The notes beneath the pieces were generated by a model. That model had not been told where the DNA came from. It saw only the letters and a list, made by a program, of their open reading frames with translations, and did no database searches. The position numbers and the translations under genes were made by a program. Of a stretch of 64,000 nucleotides of DNA, positions 35,947 through 46,363 are shown in pieces; position 1 is the stretch's first letter; the number at the start of each line of letters is the position of its first letter. The DNA is from Candidatus Jorgensenbacteria bacterium GW2011_GWB1_50_10 (GTDB lineage: Bacteria > Patescibacteriota > Minisyncoccia > UBA6257 > GWB1-50-10), in NCBI GenBank assembly GCA_001004105.1, contig LCQK01000001.1:166928-230927 (forward strand). The letters run 5' to 3'.

Positions 35947-36130
35947 GAACTTTTATTTTTTACGTCAGACACTCTTCGGCTCGGGCGATTTCGTCCCGCT
36001 TCGGCGGGACTCAACCCTTCGCTCGCTTTAGACCGAGCACTCAAAGCATTGAGTGCTCGGTAGCTCGCTCACCCTAAAGGGCTCCGCCGAAGAATGGTAT
36101 TGAGAGTCTGACTTTAAAAAATAAAAGTTC
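35947..36130 (+). ncRNA. Structured repeat element copy A (about 184 nt): long closing stem, two internal perfect hairpins, conserved cores; second copy at 56176
   Basis: Closing stem GAACTTTTATTTTTTACGTCAGACACTCTTCGGC / GCCGAAGAAT..GAGAGTCTGACTTTAAAAAATAAAAGTTC; inner hairpins GTCCCGC-ttcg-GCGGGAC and CCGAGCACTCAA-agca-TTGAGTGCTCGG; conserved TCAACCCTTCGCTCGCTTTAGA and TAGCTCGCTCACCCTAAAGGGCTCCGCCGAAGAAT. Confidence 0.5.
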
Positions 36131-36400
36131 TGCAGGATTACTTGATTGGTTATTAATTGTTAAACGAAGCGGTTTTTATTAAGGAAACCGACTGTAGGTT
36201 TTTCACGCACTAAGCGAAGCCATTACCCCTGACGGCAACTCTCGGAGGCGAAAAAGATTGGTTCCGCGAAGCGGATTTTTCGCCGAGAGCGTAGCGGTGC
36301 GGCTTGTTGCTGGAGCAAGCCGACACCCGGTGACGGAAGAGGTGATGGCTGAACGATCTTGTTTGATTTTGAGCGTTAAAATAAGGTAAACTTCCTATTA

Positions 36401-38086
36401 ATGGCTCGCGAAACCGACCTAATTAAAGAGAGGTTGGACTTGGTTGAATTCCTGCGTTCTTACCTGAAAATTACGCCCGCCGGCAAGAATTTCCGGGCGC
36501 TCTGTCCATTCCACGCCGAAAAAACCCCTTCTTTCATTGTCTCGCCGGAACGGAAGATGTGGCACTGCTTCGGCTGCGGCTTGGGCGGCGACATCATCGG
36601 ATTCCTCATGCGCTACGAGAACCTGGAGTTTCCGGAAGCGCTCCGGTTCTTGGCCGAGAGAGCCGGCATTCCAATGCGGAGCTTGGACCCGCTCCAAGAG
36701 AAGCAATTCGGCGTTCTTTACTCACTCCAGGGGGCGGCCAAGGATTTTTACCGGGAGCATTTGGCAAAAAATGAAAAGGCCCGCGGCTATCTTAAGGAAC
36801 GAGGTTTGAACGACAAAACCATTGAGGAGTTTGAACTAGGGCTTGCGCCGGGCGGCGACTCCTTGACCCTCCACCTCATTAAAAAAGGATTTGACGTGAG
36901 CGATATTGTGCGAGCGGGTCTTGCCCACAAGAGCACGAGCGGAATGCTGCGCGACCGGTTTGAGGGCCGAATCATTTTTCCGATTGTAAATCACGTCGGT
37001 AAAATCGTTGCCTTCACCGGCCGGCTGCTCGACGAATCGGTAAATCAGGACCGGCCCAAATATTTGAATTCGCCCGAAACGCCGATATTCAACAAATCCA
37101 AAATTCTTTTCGGTCTCAATAAGTCCAAAAATGAAATCGCGAAGGTTCGGAGTGTTTTTTTGGTTGAAGGTCAGATGGACTTTCTTCTCGCTTGGCAGGC
37201 GGGGACGCAGAACGTCGCGGCCGTCTCCGGCACTGGTCTCACTAATTTCCATCTTGAGCGCTTGCGGCGTCTCGCCGATACCGTCCTTTTGAGTTTTGAC
37301 AACGATGAAGCTGGCTTGAAAGCTTTGGAACGCTCTTTGGACGTTTTCAATAATTACGATTTTCACATTAAGGTCATTGATTTGGGGATTTATAAGGACC
37401 CGGGCGATGCCTGCAAAGCCGAACCTGATTTTCTAGTGAAAGCGCTCGAGAATTCAAAGCCGGCTTTCGTCTACATTTTCAGCCGTTATTTCAAGGAGGC
37501 GCCCCGGGATGTCGCGAGTAAAAAAAGATTAGTGAGAGAAATGCTCCTCAAAATCCGAAAAATCAGAAGCCAAGTTGAACAGGCAAGCTGGATTAAGGAG
37601 CTCAGTGTTCATTCCGGCATTTCGGAGACGGCCTTAGAGAGCGAACTCCAAAATCTGCCCTCCGTTGAAACAAGGAGAACGGAAACAAGCGAAAAACCGC
37701 CTGAAGCTGCAATTCCCCGCATTGACTTGATCTCAAGCCGCCTGTTATCCTTGGCTTTCGGTGATGCTGTACTCCTCAAAACAGTGGATGGTTTGAGGGA
37801 TTGGCTGCCGGATGACTGGCGGCGGGTTTTGGAAAATCCGCAAGACGAAAAACTCGGTTTGATTGAAATGCGTTCGAGCTACGAGTTTGCCCTAAAGGAA
37901 CCCGAGATTTTAAAAACCGAATTCAATGAACTGGTGAAACAACTCCAGATTGAATCGCTAAAGCGCCAAATGGAAGAACTCCGTGAAGAAATCCGTCTCG
38001 CCCAGAACAAAGGTGACGACGATGCTCTTTCGGAAGTAATGGTGAGATTTAACGTTTTGGCGGGAAGACTGCAGAACCTTAAATGA
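36401..38086 (+). CDS. dnaG: DNA primase DnaG
   Basis: Zinc finger [17 protein letters not shown]; 561 aa. Confidence 0.9.
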   Translation: MARETDLIKERLDLVEFLRSYLKITPAGKNFRALCPFHAEKTPSFIVSPERKMWHCFGCGLGGDIIGFLMRYENLEFPEALRFLAERAGIPMRSLDPLQEKQFGVLYSLQGAAKDFYREHLAKNEKARGYLKERGLNDKTIEEFELGLAPGGDSLTLHLIKKGFDVSDIVRAGLAHKSTSGMLRDRFEGRIIFPIVNHVGKIVAFTGRLLDESVNQDRPKYLNSPETPIFNKSKILFGLNKSKNEIAKVRSVFLVEGQMDFLLAWQAGTQNVAAVSGTGLTNFHLERLRRLADTVLLSFDNDEAGLKALERSLDVFNNYDFHIKVIDLGIYKDPGDACKAEPDFLVKALENSKPAFVYIFSRYFKEAPRDVASKKRLVREMLLKIRKIRSQVEQASWIKELSVHSGISETALESELQNLPSVETRRTETSEKPPEAAIPRIDLISSRLLSLAFGDAVLLKTVDGLRDWLPDDWRRVLENPQDEKLGLIEMRSSYEFALKEPEILKTEFNELVKQLQIESLKRQMEELREEIRLAQNKGDDDALSEVMVRFNVLAGRLQNLK

Positions 38087-39255
38087 AAAAAAGACAAAAA
38101 AAGGTAAAGAAAATTAAAAAGGGAAAGAAAAAAACCTTGCGCAAGCCCGCGAGGGAAGCGGTGAGAAACAGAATCCTTAAAATCGGTGAGGATTATCTTG
38201 AAGCGCTTGAAGATTTAATAAGGCGCGGCCGGGGCCGGGGATTCGTGACCGACGCCGAAGTGCTGAATTACTTCCCGAAAATAGAGCAAAACCTCGGTTT
38301 CTTGGAGAAGGTCTACGACCGGCTGGAGAAAGAAGGCATTAAGGTCAGGGAATCCGGGTCAATCATCGCCGGCGGCGAAGAAATCAGCGCCAAGGAACTA
38401 TCGGACGCGACGCGAATTGACCAGAATCTGCCGGATGCCGTTCAGATGTACCTGAAAGAAATCGGCCGGACGGCGCTTCTCACTTCCAAAGAGGAAAAAG
38501 AACTCGCCCGCCGGATTGAAAAAGGCGACGAGATTTCCAGAAAGAAACTTATTCAGGCGAACCTCCGGCTTGTCGTGTCGCTTGCCAAGCGCTACGTGAA
38601 CCGCAGTCCGCATCTTTCCATTCTTGATTTGATTCAGGAGGGGAACATTGGCCTTTCCCGGGCGGTGGATAAATTCGATTACCGCAAGGGGTTCAAGTTT
38701 TCCACTTACGCCACCTGGTGGATTAGGCAGGCCATTACAAGGGCGCTTGCCGATTACTCGCGGACCATCCGCATTCCGGTGCATATGGTTGAGACCATCA
38801 CCAAATACACCCAAACCAAACGCCGGCTGATGCAGGAGCTCGGCCGCGAACCGCTGCCTGAGGAAATCGCAACGGAAATGAATTTGGACGTGGAGAAAAT
38901 CCGCTACATCCAGAAAATTTCCCAGGAAGTGATCTCCCTTGAATCGCCGGTTGGCGACGACGATGAGGATTCCACTCTCTCCGACTTCATCAAGGATGAA
39001 ACGAGTTTAAGCCCAGACCAGCTTGCGAGCCAGGCGCTTTTGAAGGACCAAATCCGGGAAATTTTGGGCGACCTCACCGAACGGGAGCGGAAAATTCTTT
39101 CGATGCGGTTCGGTTTGGACGACAACATCACTCACACCTTGGAAGAAGTGGGAAAAGTTTTCGGCGTGACCCGCGAGCGCATCAGGCAGATTGAAGCGAA
39201 AGCTCTGGATAAAATCCGGCAGCATCATAAATCCAAAAAACTGGAAGGATATTAA
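38083..39255 (+). CDS. rpoD: RNA polymerase sigma-70 factor RpoD
   Basis: Regions 1.2-4 incl. [11 protein letters not shown], 390 aa. Confidence 0.9.
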   Translation: MKKRQKKVKKIKKGKKKTLRKPAREAVRNRILKIGEDYLEALEDLIRRGRGRGFVTDAEVLNYFPKIEQNLGFLEKVYDRLEKEGIKVRESGSIIAGGEEISAKELSDATRIDQNLPDAVQMYLKEIGRTALLTSKEEKELARRIEKGDEISRKKLIQANLRLVVSLAKRYVNRSPHLSILDLIQEGNIGLSRAVDKFDYRKGFKFSTYATWWIRQAITRALADYSRTIRIPVHMVETITKYTQTKRRLMQELGREPLPEEIATEMNLDVEKIRYIQKISQEVISLESPVGDDDEDSTLSDFIKDETSLSPDQLASQALLKDQIREILGDLTERERKILSMRFGLDDNITHTLEEVGKVFGVTRERIRQIEAKALDKIRQHHKSKKLEGY

Positions 39256-39259
39256 GCAA

Positions 39260-40609
39260 ATGTCTAACAAAACACTTTTTGTTGTCGGTTTAATATTGTT
39301 TTTAGGTCTCGGTTCTTCGGCCCTCGCCCACGAAGATGCCTCGGGTGCGAGCATTGACTTAGGAGTGGGAAATCCTTTGATTTTGCCCGCCAACCCCCTT
39401 TATTTTTTTAAAGAACTGGGTCGCGATGTCAGACGTTTATTTACCTTCAACAAGGAGGCGAAGGCGCTTTTGGAATTGGAAATTTTGAACAAGAAAGCCG
39501 CGGAAATTAAATCTCTGGAAGAAAAGGAAAAAACCGAAGACGTCGTGAAAGCCATTCAGAAATATAAAAAGAGCGCTCTATCCCTCGCCGGACGGGTAAG
39601 CTCGCTAAAGCAAAGCGAGGCGGTGAAATATGAAAAACTGGTCGGCCTCTTGACCGACAAGCTTTTGAGACACCACGAACTTTTTGTGGAAATTTTGAGC
39701 CATAATGAGGATTTTAAGAAAGAAATAGAAGACACAAGAATCGTTTTGGATAAAGTAAGCGTCGCCATGGTGGTGAATTTTGAGAATCCGAACGATTTCA
39801 AGAAAATTTTCGAGGAGGCGGTGGCAAATTACAAAGACGGCACCCTTAAGGAGTTTAACGCCGTTCATGTTTTAGACAGAATTGAAGACCAACTGCCGGA
39901 GGAGGTGCGGGATAAAATCGTCTCCCTCAAAGACGATTTGATTTTGAGGTTTGAGGGCCGGTTTCGGGCCGAATCAAACGAAGATTTCATTAAGGTCCTG
40001 GACGAACTGACCATTAATAACCTCGAAGAACTAAAAGTTTTTGACGAAGTGAGGGAAAAGATCAGTGATTCCGGCCTGAAAAGCAAAATGAACTTAGTCC
40101 GGCAAAAAGCGTTTCTTGCTGCTGAAGAAAACGCTCTTACTGACCAGAGGGCGGCTGCCGAAATAATCGGTGCTGCCGAGGCATCAGTCCTGGAACTGGA
40201 AGGAAAAGTCGCCGCATCCGGCGCCGAGACGCAGAAGTCGGTAAGGAATCTTTTAGAAAAAGCCGATTTCCATTTTGAACAAGCCAAGAAATTTTTTGAT
40301 GGCGGTGAGTATGGTTCGGCCTTCGGCCAGGCGACCGCGGCTCTCGCGGAAGCGGAGAACGGTTTGGACCAGCTCGGCAAGGGGAGCGAGGATTTGTCTT
40401 CGGAAAATCTTGATTTAAGGAAGGAGTTCGACGAGTTGAAAGCCCGAGCTAAAGCGGAGAATCTGACCCCGGATGTCGTTCCTGACCTCTACGAACTTTT
40501 TGACGAGGCGGAAAAGCAAGTACTTGAGGCGAAGGCTGTAGAGAGCTTACGGGCGGTGAAAATTCTCCTGGCTGAGATTGAAGCGAAAATCCGGGCGAGA
40601 GAAAATTAA
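39260..40609 (+). CDS. Hypothetical secreted coiled-coil protein (Glu/Lys-rich)
   Basis: ATG 39260 MSNKTLFVVGLILFLGLGSSALA signal peptide; heptad-rich, about 449 aa. Confidence 0.5.
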   Translation: MSNKTLFVVGLILFLGLGSSALAHEDASGASIDLGVGNPLILPANPLYFFKELGRDVRRLFTFNKEAKALLELEILNKKAAEIKSLEEKEKTEDVVKAIQKYKKSALSLAGRVSSLKQSEAVKYEKLVGLLTDKLLRHHELFVEILSHNEDFKKEIEDTRIVLDKVSVAMVVNFENPNDFKKIFEEAVANYKDGTLKEFNAVHVLDRIEDQLPEEVRDKIVSLKDDLILRFEGRFRAESNEDFIKVLDELTINNLEELKVFDEVREKISDSGLKSKMNLVRQKAFLAAEENALTDQRAAAEIIGAAEASVLELEGKVAASGAETQKSVRNLLEKADFHFEQAKKFFDGGEYGSAFGQATAALAEAENGLDQLGKGSEDLSSENLDLRKEFDELKARAKAENLTPDVVPDLYELFDEAEKQVLEAKAVESLRAVKILLAEIEAKIRAREN

Positions 40610-40612
40610 TAA

Positions 40613-42373
40613 ATGAAATCCGAGGATATAAGAAAAAAATTTCTGGAGTTTTTCGCAAATAGGGGACACGCTATCGTGCCTTCGTCCTCGCTTATTCCCG
40701 ATGACCCGTCGGTGCTCCTCACCACCGCCGGCATGCAGCAATTCAAGCGGTATTACACCGGCGAACTTGACCCGATGAAGGATTTTGGGAGCTATAACAC
40801 GGCTTCGATTCAGAAATCGTTCAGAACTTCGGATATTGACGAGGTCGGCGACGAGTCACATCTCACCTTTTTTGAAATGCTCGGGAATTTCTCGTTCGGT
40901 GGGTATTTCAAGGAGAAGGCGGTAGAGTACGGCCGCGAATTCATTGAGGACGTGATGGGTTTGAAAATAGATTACGTAACGGTTTTTGACCCGACCAAGG
41001 TGCCGGCGGGCGACTGGCGGAAAGGCGTTCCCCGCGATGACGAATCGCGTGCCATTTGGGAAAAACTTGGCGTTAAAGATATCCGCGCCGAGGGGACGGA
41101 AGTGTTTTGGGGGCCGACCGGAGCGGAGGGACCCTGCGGTCCGACCACGGAAATTTATGTAAACGGCGTGGAGGTTTGGAACATTGTTTTCAACGAGTTC
41201 TATTGCGATAAAAACAGGAAGTTAGCGCCTCTAAAAACGCCGGGCGTGGATACCGGTATGGGTTTGGAGCGTTTGGCGATGGTTGCCCAAAATGTGCCGA
41301 CCATTTTTGAAACAGATTTGTTTAATCCATTGATTAGTCTTATATCTGGGAAATTGCCTATGCGTGTACGACGTATAATTTCAGATCATATCCGAGGCAT
41401 AGCCTTTTTAGTTTCCGATGGAGTGCGTCCATCGAACAAAGATGCTGGATACATGCTTCGTAGATTAATGAGGCGGGTTATTGCTTATGCTTACAGAGAT
41501 AATATTGGTTCTCCGCCGCAGGATATATTGAGACTCGTAGTCGACCAATACAGAAAGTTTCCTGATTATCGTAATTTGAATTCAGATATCGTTATTAAAG
41601 TCTTTAGCGAAGAGTATGAAGGATATAAGGAAAAAGTTGGTCCAGAAATTAAAGCTACAGAGAAGATTTTTTCTGAGTACAAAGCACAGGGGAAAAAATT
41701 AATCCCTCCCGCGGTTATTTTCGGTTTACATCAAAGCGCAGGTGTTACTTTTGATATATCAAGCGATATAGCGGAAGAATTAGGGGTAGAAGTTGACAGG
41801 AAGGCATTTGAGCAAGATTTGGATCGCCATAAGAAAATATCCCGTGCCGGGGGTGAGAAAAAGTTCGGCGGCCACGGCCTCATATTGAATACCGGTGAGC
41901 TTAAAGCGGGAAGCGAGGAGGAACTGAAAAAAGTGACGCGGCTTCACACCGCCACTCACCTTTTGAACCAGGCGCTCCGCGACGTTTTGGGAAAAGATGT
42001 TCGGCAGATGGGTTCGGATATCACCGTAGAACGGACGCGTTTTGACTTCACATTCCCCAGAAAAATGACCGCGGACGAGGTAAAGAAAGTAGAAAAAATC
42101 GTAAATGAAAAAATAGAGGAGAATTTGCCGGTGGGTTTCAAGGAAATGCCGAAAACCGAAGCGGAGGCAACCGGCGCCCTGCATTTTTTCAAAAGCAAGT
42201 ACCCGGAACGGGTAAAGATTTATTATGTCGGCAAATCATTGGAGGATGCCTGGAGCAAAGAGTTCTGCGGCGGTCCGCACGTGACCCGTATCGGCGAGAT
42301 CGGCAAATTCAGAATCATCAAGGAAGAAGCATCTTCGGCCGGCGTCCGCCGAATACGCGCAATCGTGGGATGA
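40613..42373 (+). CDS. alaS: Alanine--tRNA ligase, short form (catalytic and editing domains, no C-Ala domain)
   Basis: FLEFFANRGHAIVPSSSLIPDDPSVLLTTAGMQQFK; editing HTATHLL..CGGPHV; 586 aa. Confidence 0.85.
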   Translation: MKSEDIRKKFLEFFANRGHAIVPSSSLIPDDPSVLLTTAGMQQFKRYYTGELDPMKDFGSYNTASIQKSFRTSDIDEVGDESHLTFFEMLGNFSFGGYFKEKAVEYGREFIEDVMGLKIDYVTVFDPTKVPAGDWRKGVPRDDESRAIWEKLGVKDIRAEGTEVFWGPTGAEGPCGPTTEIYVNGVEVWNIVFNEFYCDKNRKLAPLKTPGVDTGMGLERLAMVAQNVPTIFETDLFNPLISLISGKLPMRVRRIISDHIRGIAFLVSDGVRPSNKDAGYMLRRLMRRVIAYAYRDNIGSPPQDILRLVVDQYRKFPDYRNLNSDIVIKVFSEEYEGYKEKVGPEIKATEKIFSEYKAQGKKLIPPAVIFGLHQSAGVTFDISSDIAEELGVEVDRKAFEQDLDRHKKISRAGGEKKFGGHGLILNTGELKAGSEEELKKVTRLHTATHLLNQALRDVLGKDVRQMGSDITVERTRFDFTFPRKMTADEVKKVEKIVNEKIEENLPVGFKEMPKTEAEATGALHFFKSKYPERVKIYYVGKSLEDAWSKEFCGGPHVTRIGEIGKFRIIKEEASSAGVRRIRAIVG

Positions 42374-42882
42374 ATTTGAGCCAAATAATAAAAAAAGGCG
42401 GCGTTGGCGTCATCCCGACCGACACCGTTTACGGCATCGTCGGTTCGGTTTTCTCCCGCAGAGCGGTGGAAAGGATTTACCGCTTGCGCAAACGCGACCG
42501 CCGAAAGCCGTTTATTGTTTTGATTTCCGGATTTGGCGACCTGAAAAAATTAAGCGTAAAACCGAATAAGGAAACGACATCTCTTTTGAAAAAACTGTGG
42601 CCGGGGCCGGTAAGCGTGATTTTACCCTGCAAAAACAAAAAATTCGCTTATATTCACCGCGGCACAAGTTCCGTTGCTTTTCGTCTACCTAAGGACATTT
42701 GGCTCCGGAATTTTTTGAAGAAAACCGGGCCGCTTGTCGCGCCTTCCGCCAATTTAGCCGGCAAACCGCCGGCTAAAACCATTGCCGAAGCGAGAAAGTA
42801 CTTCGGAAACAAGGTTGATTTCTATTTTAATAAAGGCAGACGCGGGGGAGCGCCTTCAACTCTTGTGGAGATAAAGAGGTAG
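42370..42882 (+). CDS. tsaC: L-threonylcarbamoyladenylate synthase TsaC/YrdC family
   Basis: GGVGVIPTDTVYGIVG..KRDRRKPFIVLI. Confidence 0.8.
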   Translation: MNLSQIIKKGGVGVIPTDTVYGIVGSVFSRRAVERIYRLRKRDRRKPFIVLISGFGDLKKLSVKPNKETTSLLKKLWPGPVSVILPCKNKKFAYIHRGTSSVAFRLPKDIWLRNFLKKTGPLVAPSANLAGKPPAKTIAEARKYFGNKVDFYFNKGRRGGAPSTLVEIKR

Positions 42883-42901
42883 GGATTATACTCTAAAACG
42901 G

Positions 42902-44524
42902 ATGAAGACGGAGAAAAAAATATTCCTGGAGAAAAAAGATGATGTTCAGTTCGCACTCCAGGCACTTCGTGAGACGCCGGCCGAACTGGTTATTTTAAAC
43001 ATTCCCCAGGAGTCGGTTTTAGGCAGAACCATAGATAATTTTCATACTCTAAAGAACAAAGCATCGGTTTTTCAGAAAGAAATTTCCATTGAGTCCTTAG
43101 ACGATAAAATTTTGGAGATGGCAAACGCTGCCGGTTTAAAAAGCTTGAACCCGCTTTTTCGCCGAAGCGAAAAATTAATCTCCGACATTGTGCTGAAATC
43201 AAAACCGGTTCCTAAGTTCAAGGCCCCGCGGAGGCTGGAAACTGAAGTTGAAGCTCCGCCGGAGGTAAAGCCGAAAATTGAAAAGAGGCCGGAATTGCCG
43301 AAAGTTTTCTTTGAGCCGAAAGAACCGTCCCCGAAAGTAATTTCTTTCCAAGAGCCAAGAATCATCATGAAGCGGCCGAAATCGCGGATGAGGCGATTCG
43401 TTTTCGTTGCCTTTTTGGTTCTGTTTGTTTCCGGCGTTTTCATTTTTGCGACGAACGTTTTACCCAAAGCGAATATCACTATAACCCTCAAAAAATTTCC
43501 AACATCTTTCAACGAAACAGTTTGGGCCGAAACGTCGGCGAAGGAAGCTGATGCCGGAACTAATATTATCTTGCCAGCCGAACTTATCGCCGCCAAGAAG
43601 AATTTGACGATGAATTTCCTGGCCACCGGCAAGGAAGAAGTGGAGCGCAAAGCCAAAGGGATGCTAACTGTTTACAACGCTTTCAGTTCCGAGCCCCAGG
43701 CGCTTGTTGCAAACACGAGATTTCTTTCACCTGACGGGAAAATTTTCCGCCTGACTGCGAAAGCCACCGTCCCCGGCGCGAAAATCGTGGACAATAAAAT
43801 CGTGCCTTCGAAAATTGACGTGGCGGTGACTTCCGACAAGCCCGGCGAGGAATACAATGTGCCAGCCTCCGCGAAATGGCGGATTCCCGGGTTTCAAGGA
43901 ACACCCCGCTATGAAGGTTTCTACGCCGAATCCGTGAGCGCCATGAGCGGCGGCTTTGTGGGCGAATTGCCCACGCCGACCGAAAACGATTTAGAGAAAG
44001 CGAGGACCGTAGTGACGGAGACTTTGAAGAACGCTCTCACGAACGAAACCAACATTCTTATTACTTCGCGCTTCAAGCTTTTTGACGAAGCGAAGCAATT
44101 TAGGTTTTTGACCGAACGGATTGACGAAGCCGATGAGGACGGCAATTTCGGCTTTTTCGGCGAAGCCGAACTCAAGTATCTGGTTTTTGAGGAAAAAATG
44201 CTGAAGAGTGTTCTGGAAAATAAATTGAGGTCCGCCGTGCCGGAGAAAAAAACGAGCGTCCGAGATTTTGCTTTGGAGTATGCTGAACCGAAAGTTGATT
44301 TTGCCTCCGGTCGGCTGGAGTTTAATGCCTCCGGCTCCATTGTTTTTACTTCCGCGATTGAAGCTAATAAACTCAAGGCGGAACTCGCTGGCCTTAGCGA
44401 GGAAAAATTGCGGCAGACGGTTTTTTTCCTGCCCGGCCTTGAAAAAGCGAACGTTTCCCTTTGGCCGTTTTGGGTCGGCCGCGTGCCCAAAAACGAAGAC
44501 CGCGTGAAAATTGAGATAAATTGA
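42902..44524 (+). CDS. Hypothetical membrane-anchored protein (540 aa)
   Basis: Single TM around residue 165, large extracytoplasmic domain; no family recognised. Confidence 0.5.
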   Translation: MKTEKKIFLEKKDDVQFALQALRETPAELVILNIPQESVLGRTIDNFHTLKNKASVFQKEISIESLDDKILEMANAAGLKSLNPLFRRSEKLISDIVLKSKPVPKFKAPRRLETEVEAPPEVKPKIEKRPELPKVFFEPKEPSPKVISFQEPRIIMKRPKSRMRRFVFVAFLVLFVSGVFIFATNVLPKANITITLKKFPTSFNETVWAETSAKEADAGTNIILPAELIAAKKNLTMNFLATGKEEVERKAKGMLTVYNAFSSEPQALVANTRFLSPDGKIFRLTAKATVPGAKIVDNKIVPSKIDVAVTSDKPGEEYNVPASAKWRIPGFQGTPRYEGFYAESVSAMSGGFVGELPTPTENDLEKARTVVTETLKNALTNETNILITSRFKLFDEAKQFRFLTERIDEADEDGNFGFFGEAELKYLVFEEKMLKSVLENKLRSAVPEKKTSVRDFALEYAEPKVDFASGRLEFNASGSIVFTSAIEANKLKAELAGLSEEKLRQTVFFLPGLEKANVSLWPFWVGRVPKNEDRVKIEIN

Positions 44525-44568
44525 CAATAATTTTTGATTTTGATAGGATTTCAAACTGACATCGTTAA

Positions 44569-44787
44569 ATGACGCGTGAGCAAAAAGGCGTAAAAGCCGA
44601 GGGTATGGTTTTTGAGGCGTTGCCGGGACTCCTGTTCCGAGTCCGTCTGGACGACGGCAAGGAAGTGCTCGCCCATCTCGCTGGCAAAATGAAAATCAAC
44701 TACATTCGCGTTATTCCCGGCGATCGGGTGATCGTGGAAATGCCCAGCGCCGAAGACAGACGCGGCCGCATCGTGAGACGATTCTAG
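44569..44787 (+). CDS. infA: Translation initiation factor IF-1
   Basis: 72 aa S1-like; [19 protein letters not shown]. Confidence 0.85.
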   Translation: MTREQKGVKAEGMVFEALPGLLFRVRLDDGKEVLAHLAGKMKINYIRVIPGDRVIVEMPSAEDRRGRIVRRF

Positions 44788-44792
44788 ATTTT

Positions 44793-44906
44793 ATGAAAGT
44801 CAGGACTTCGGTCAAGAAAATCTGCAGCAACTGCAAGATAGTCCGGCGCCACGGCCGACTTTACGTTATCTGCAAGAATCCGAAGCATAAACAAAAACAA
44901 GGTTAA
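44793..44906 (+). CDS. rpmJ: 50S ribosomal protein L36
   Basis: [37 protein letters not shown]; not in the ORF track because it is shorter than 60 aa. Confidence 0.85.
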   Translation: MKVRTSVKKICSNCKIVRRHGRLYVICKNPKHKQKQG

Positions 44907-44908
44907 TT

Positions 44909-45292
44909 ATGAGAGTAGTTGGAGTAAATATTCCCGACAATAAAAAAGTAGAAATAGCTTTGAGCTATCTTTACGGCGTTGGCCGTTCGCTTGCGGAGAA
45001 AATTTTGGCGGAAGCGGGCATTTCGACCGGAAAGAGAGCGAAAGACCTGACCGCCGAAGAGGTGAATAAAATCCAATCCATTCTTGAAAAAAAGTACAAG
45101 GTGGAAGGAGAACTTCGCCAGATTGTGAAGCAGAATATTTCCCGCCTGAAGGAAATTCAGGCCTACCGCGGCTTGCGCCACGTAAAGAAACTGCCGGTGC
45201 GGGGCCAGCGGACAAAGAGCAATTCAAGAACGGTCCGCGGCAACGTCCGGAAAACGGCCGGTAGCGGCAAGAGAAAAGTTGAACTGAAATAA
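44909..45292 (+). CDS. rpsM: 30S ribosomal protein S13
   Basis: MRVVGVNIPDNKKVEIALSYLYGVG. Confidence 0.9.
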   Translation: MRVVGVNIPDNKKVEIALSYLYGVGRSLAEKILAEAGISTGKRAKDLTAEEVNKIQSILEKKYKVEGELRQIVKQNISRLKEIQAYRGLRHVKKLPVRGQRTKSNSRTVRGNVRKTAGSGKRKVELK

Positions 45293-45294
45293 TT

Positions 45295-45732
45295 ATGGGA
45301 AAAAAGAAAGTAATCCAAAAATCGGAAACGGAAGCCGTGAAGGAGCCAGTTGTGACTAAAAAAAAGACCGAGGGCGCCCAGACAAGGTACGAGAAGGGTT
45401 TTATTTACATCCAGGCCTCCTACAACAACACGCTCCTTACGGTCACCGACGACAAAGGCAATGTTTTGACTTGGCTCTCCGCCGGCAGTTTGGGTTTCTC
45501 GGGACCGAAAAAAGCCACTCCTTTCGCCGCTTCCAAGGTAGCGGAGGCGATTGTGGAAAAAATTCAGAAATCGGGTCCGTCCACGGTTGAGGTTTTCGTG
45601 AAAGGCGTCGGTTCCGGCCGGGACGCCGTGCTCCGCTCACTCGCGGCCCAGGGATTGAACATTGTCTCCATTAAGGATATCACTCCGATTCCCCACAACG
45701 GTCCGCGGCCGAGAAAAGTCAGGCGAGTTTAG
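45295..45732 (+). CDS. rpsK: 30S ribosomal protein S11
   Basis: IYIQASYNNTLLTVTDDKGNVLTW. Confidence 0.9.
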   Translation: MGKKKVIQKSETEAVKEPVVTKKKTEGAQTRYEKGFIYIQASYNNTLLTVTDDKGNVLTWLSAGSLGFSGPKKATPFAASKVAEAIVEKIQKSGPSTVEVFVKGVGSGRDAVLRSLAAQGLNIVSIKDITPIPHNGPRPRKVRRV

Positions 45733-45748
45733 GTAATTCAAATTAGCT

Positions 45749-46348
45749 ATGAGAAAAATAACCGAAAAAAAGGAGAGGTATTTAGGCGTCAAGCTTTTTT
45801 TGAAGCCGGAGCGCTGTTCGAGTCCCAAGTGCGTGATGATCCGCCGGCCTTACCGGCCAGGCGTCCACGGCGCAAAAAGAAGGGGGCCGGTTTCCGATTA
45901 CGGCCGGCAGCTCCGGGAAAAGCAGAAAATTCAGATTGTCTACGGCCTCACGAACCGCCAGATGTGCAACCTTTTCAAGGAGCCATTAGGGAAAATTCTT
46001 TTGATTTTAGAGCAGCGGCTGGACAGAGTAGTGTATCTTTTGGGTTTGGCGCCCTCGCCCCGGGTCGCCCGGCAGTTTATTTCCCACGGCCATATTCAGG
46101 TGAATCAAAGGAAGGTGACAATTCCTTCCTTCCATGTTAAAGTGGGTGACATTGTGGGTATTCGGCCCGAGTCGCGGAAAGCCAAAATTTTTGAAGGCCT
46201 ACCAGAGAAATTGAAGCAGTACCAACCGCCGGCCTGGCTTGAACTCAATAAAGAAGAACTGAAGGGCAAATGTGTCGCGAACCCGCGGGCCGAAGAAATA
46301 AACCTTGGCGCTGACGCCAATTTAGTCGGTCAGTTTTATTCAAGGTGA
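45749..46348 (+). CDS. rpsD: 30S ribosomal protein S4
   Basis: S4 N-terminal zinc-ribbon-like region and S4 RNA-binding domain. Confidence 0.9.
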   Translation: MRKITEKKERYLGVKLFLKPERCSSPKCVMIRRPYRPGVHGAKRRGPVSDYGRQLREKQKIQIVYGLTNRQMCNLFKEPLGKILLILEQRLDRVVYLLGLAPSPRVARQFISHGHIQVNQRKVTIPSFHVKVGDIVGIRPESRKAKIFEGLPEKLKQYQPPAWLELNKEELKGKCVANPRAEEINLGADANLVGQFYSR

Positions 46349-46363
46349 AATAATTTTACTTAT

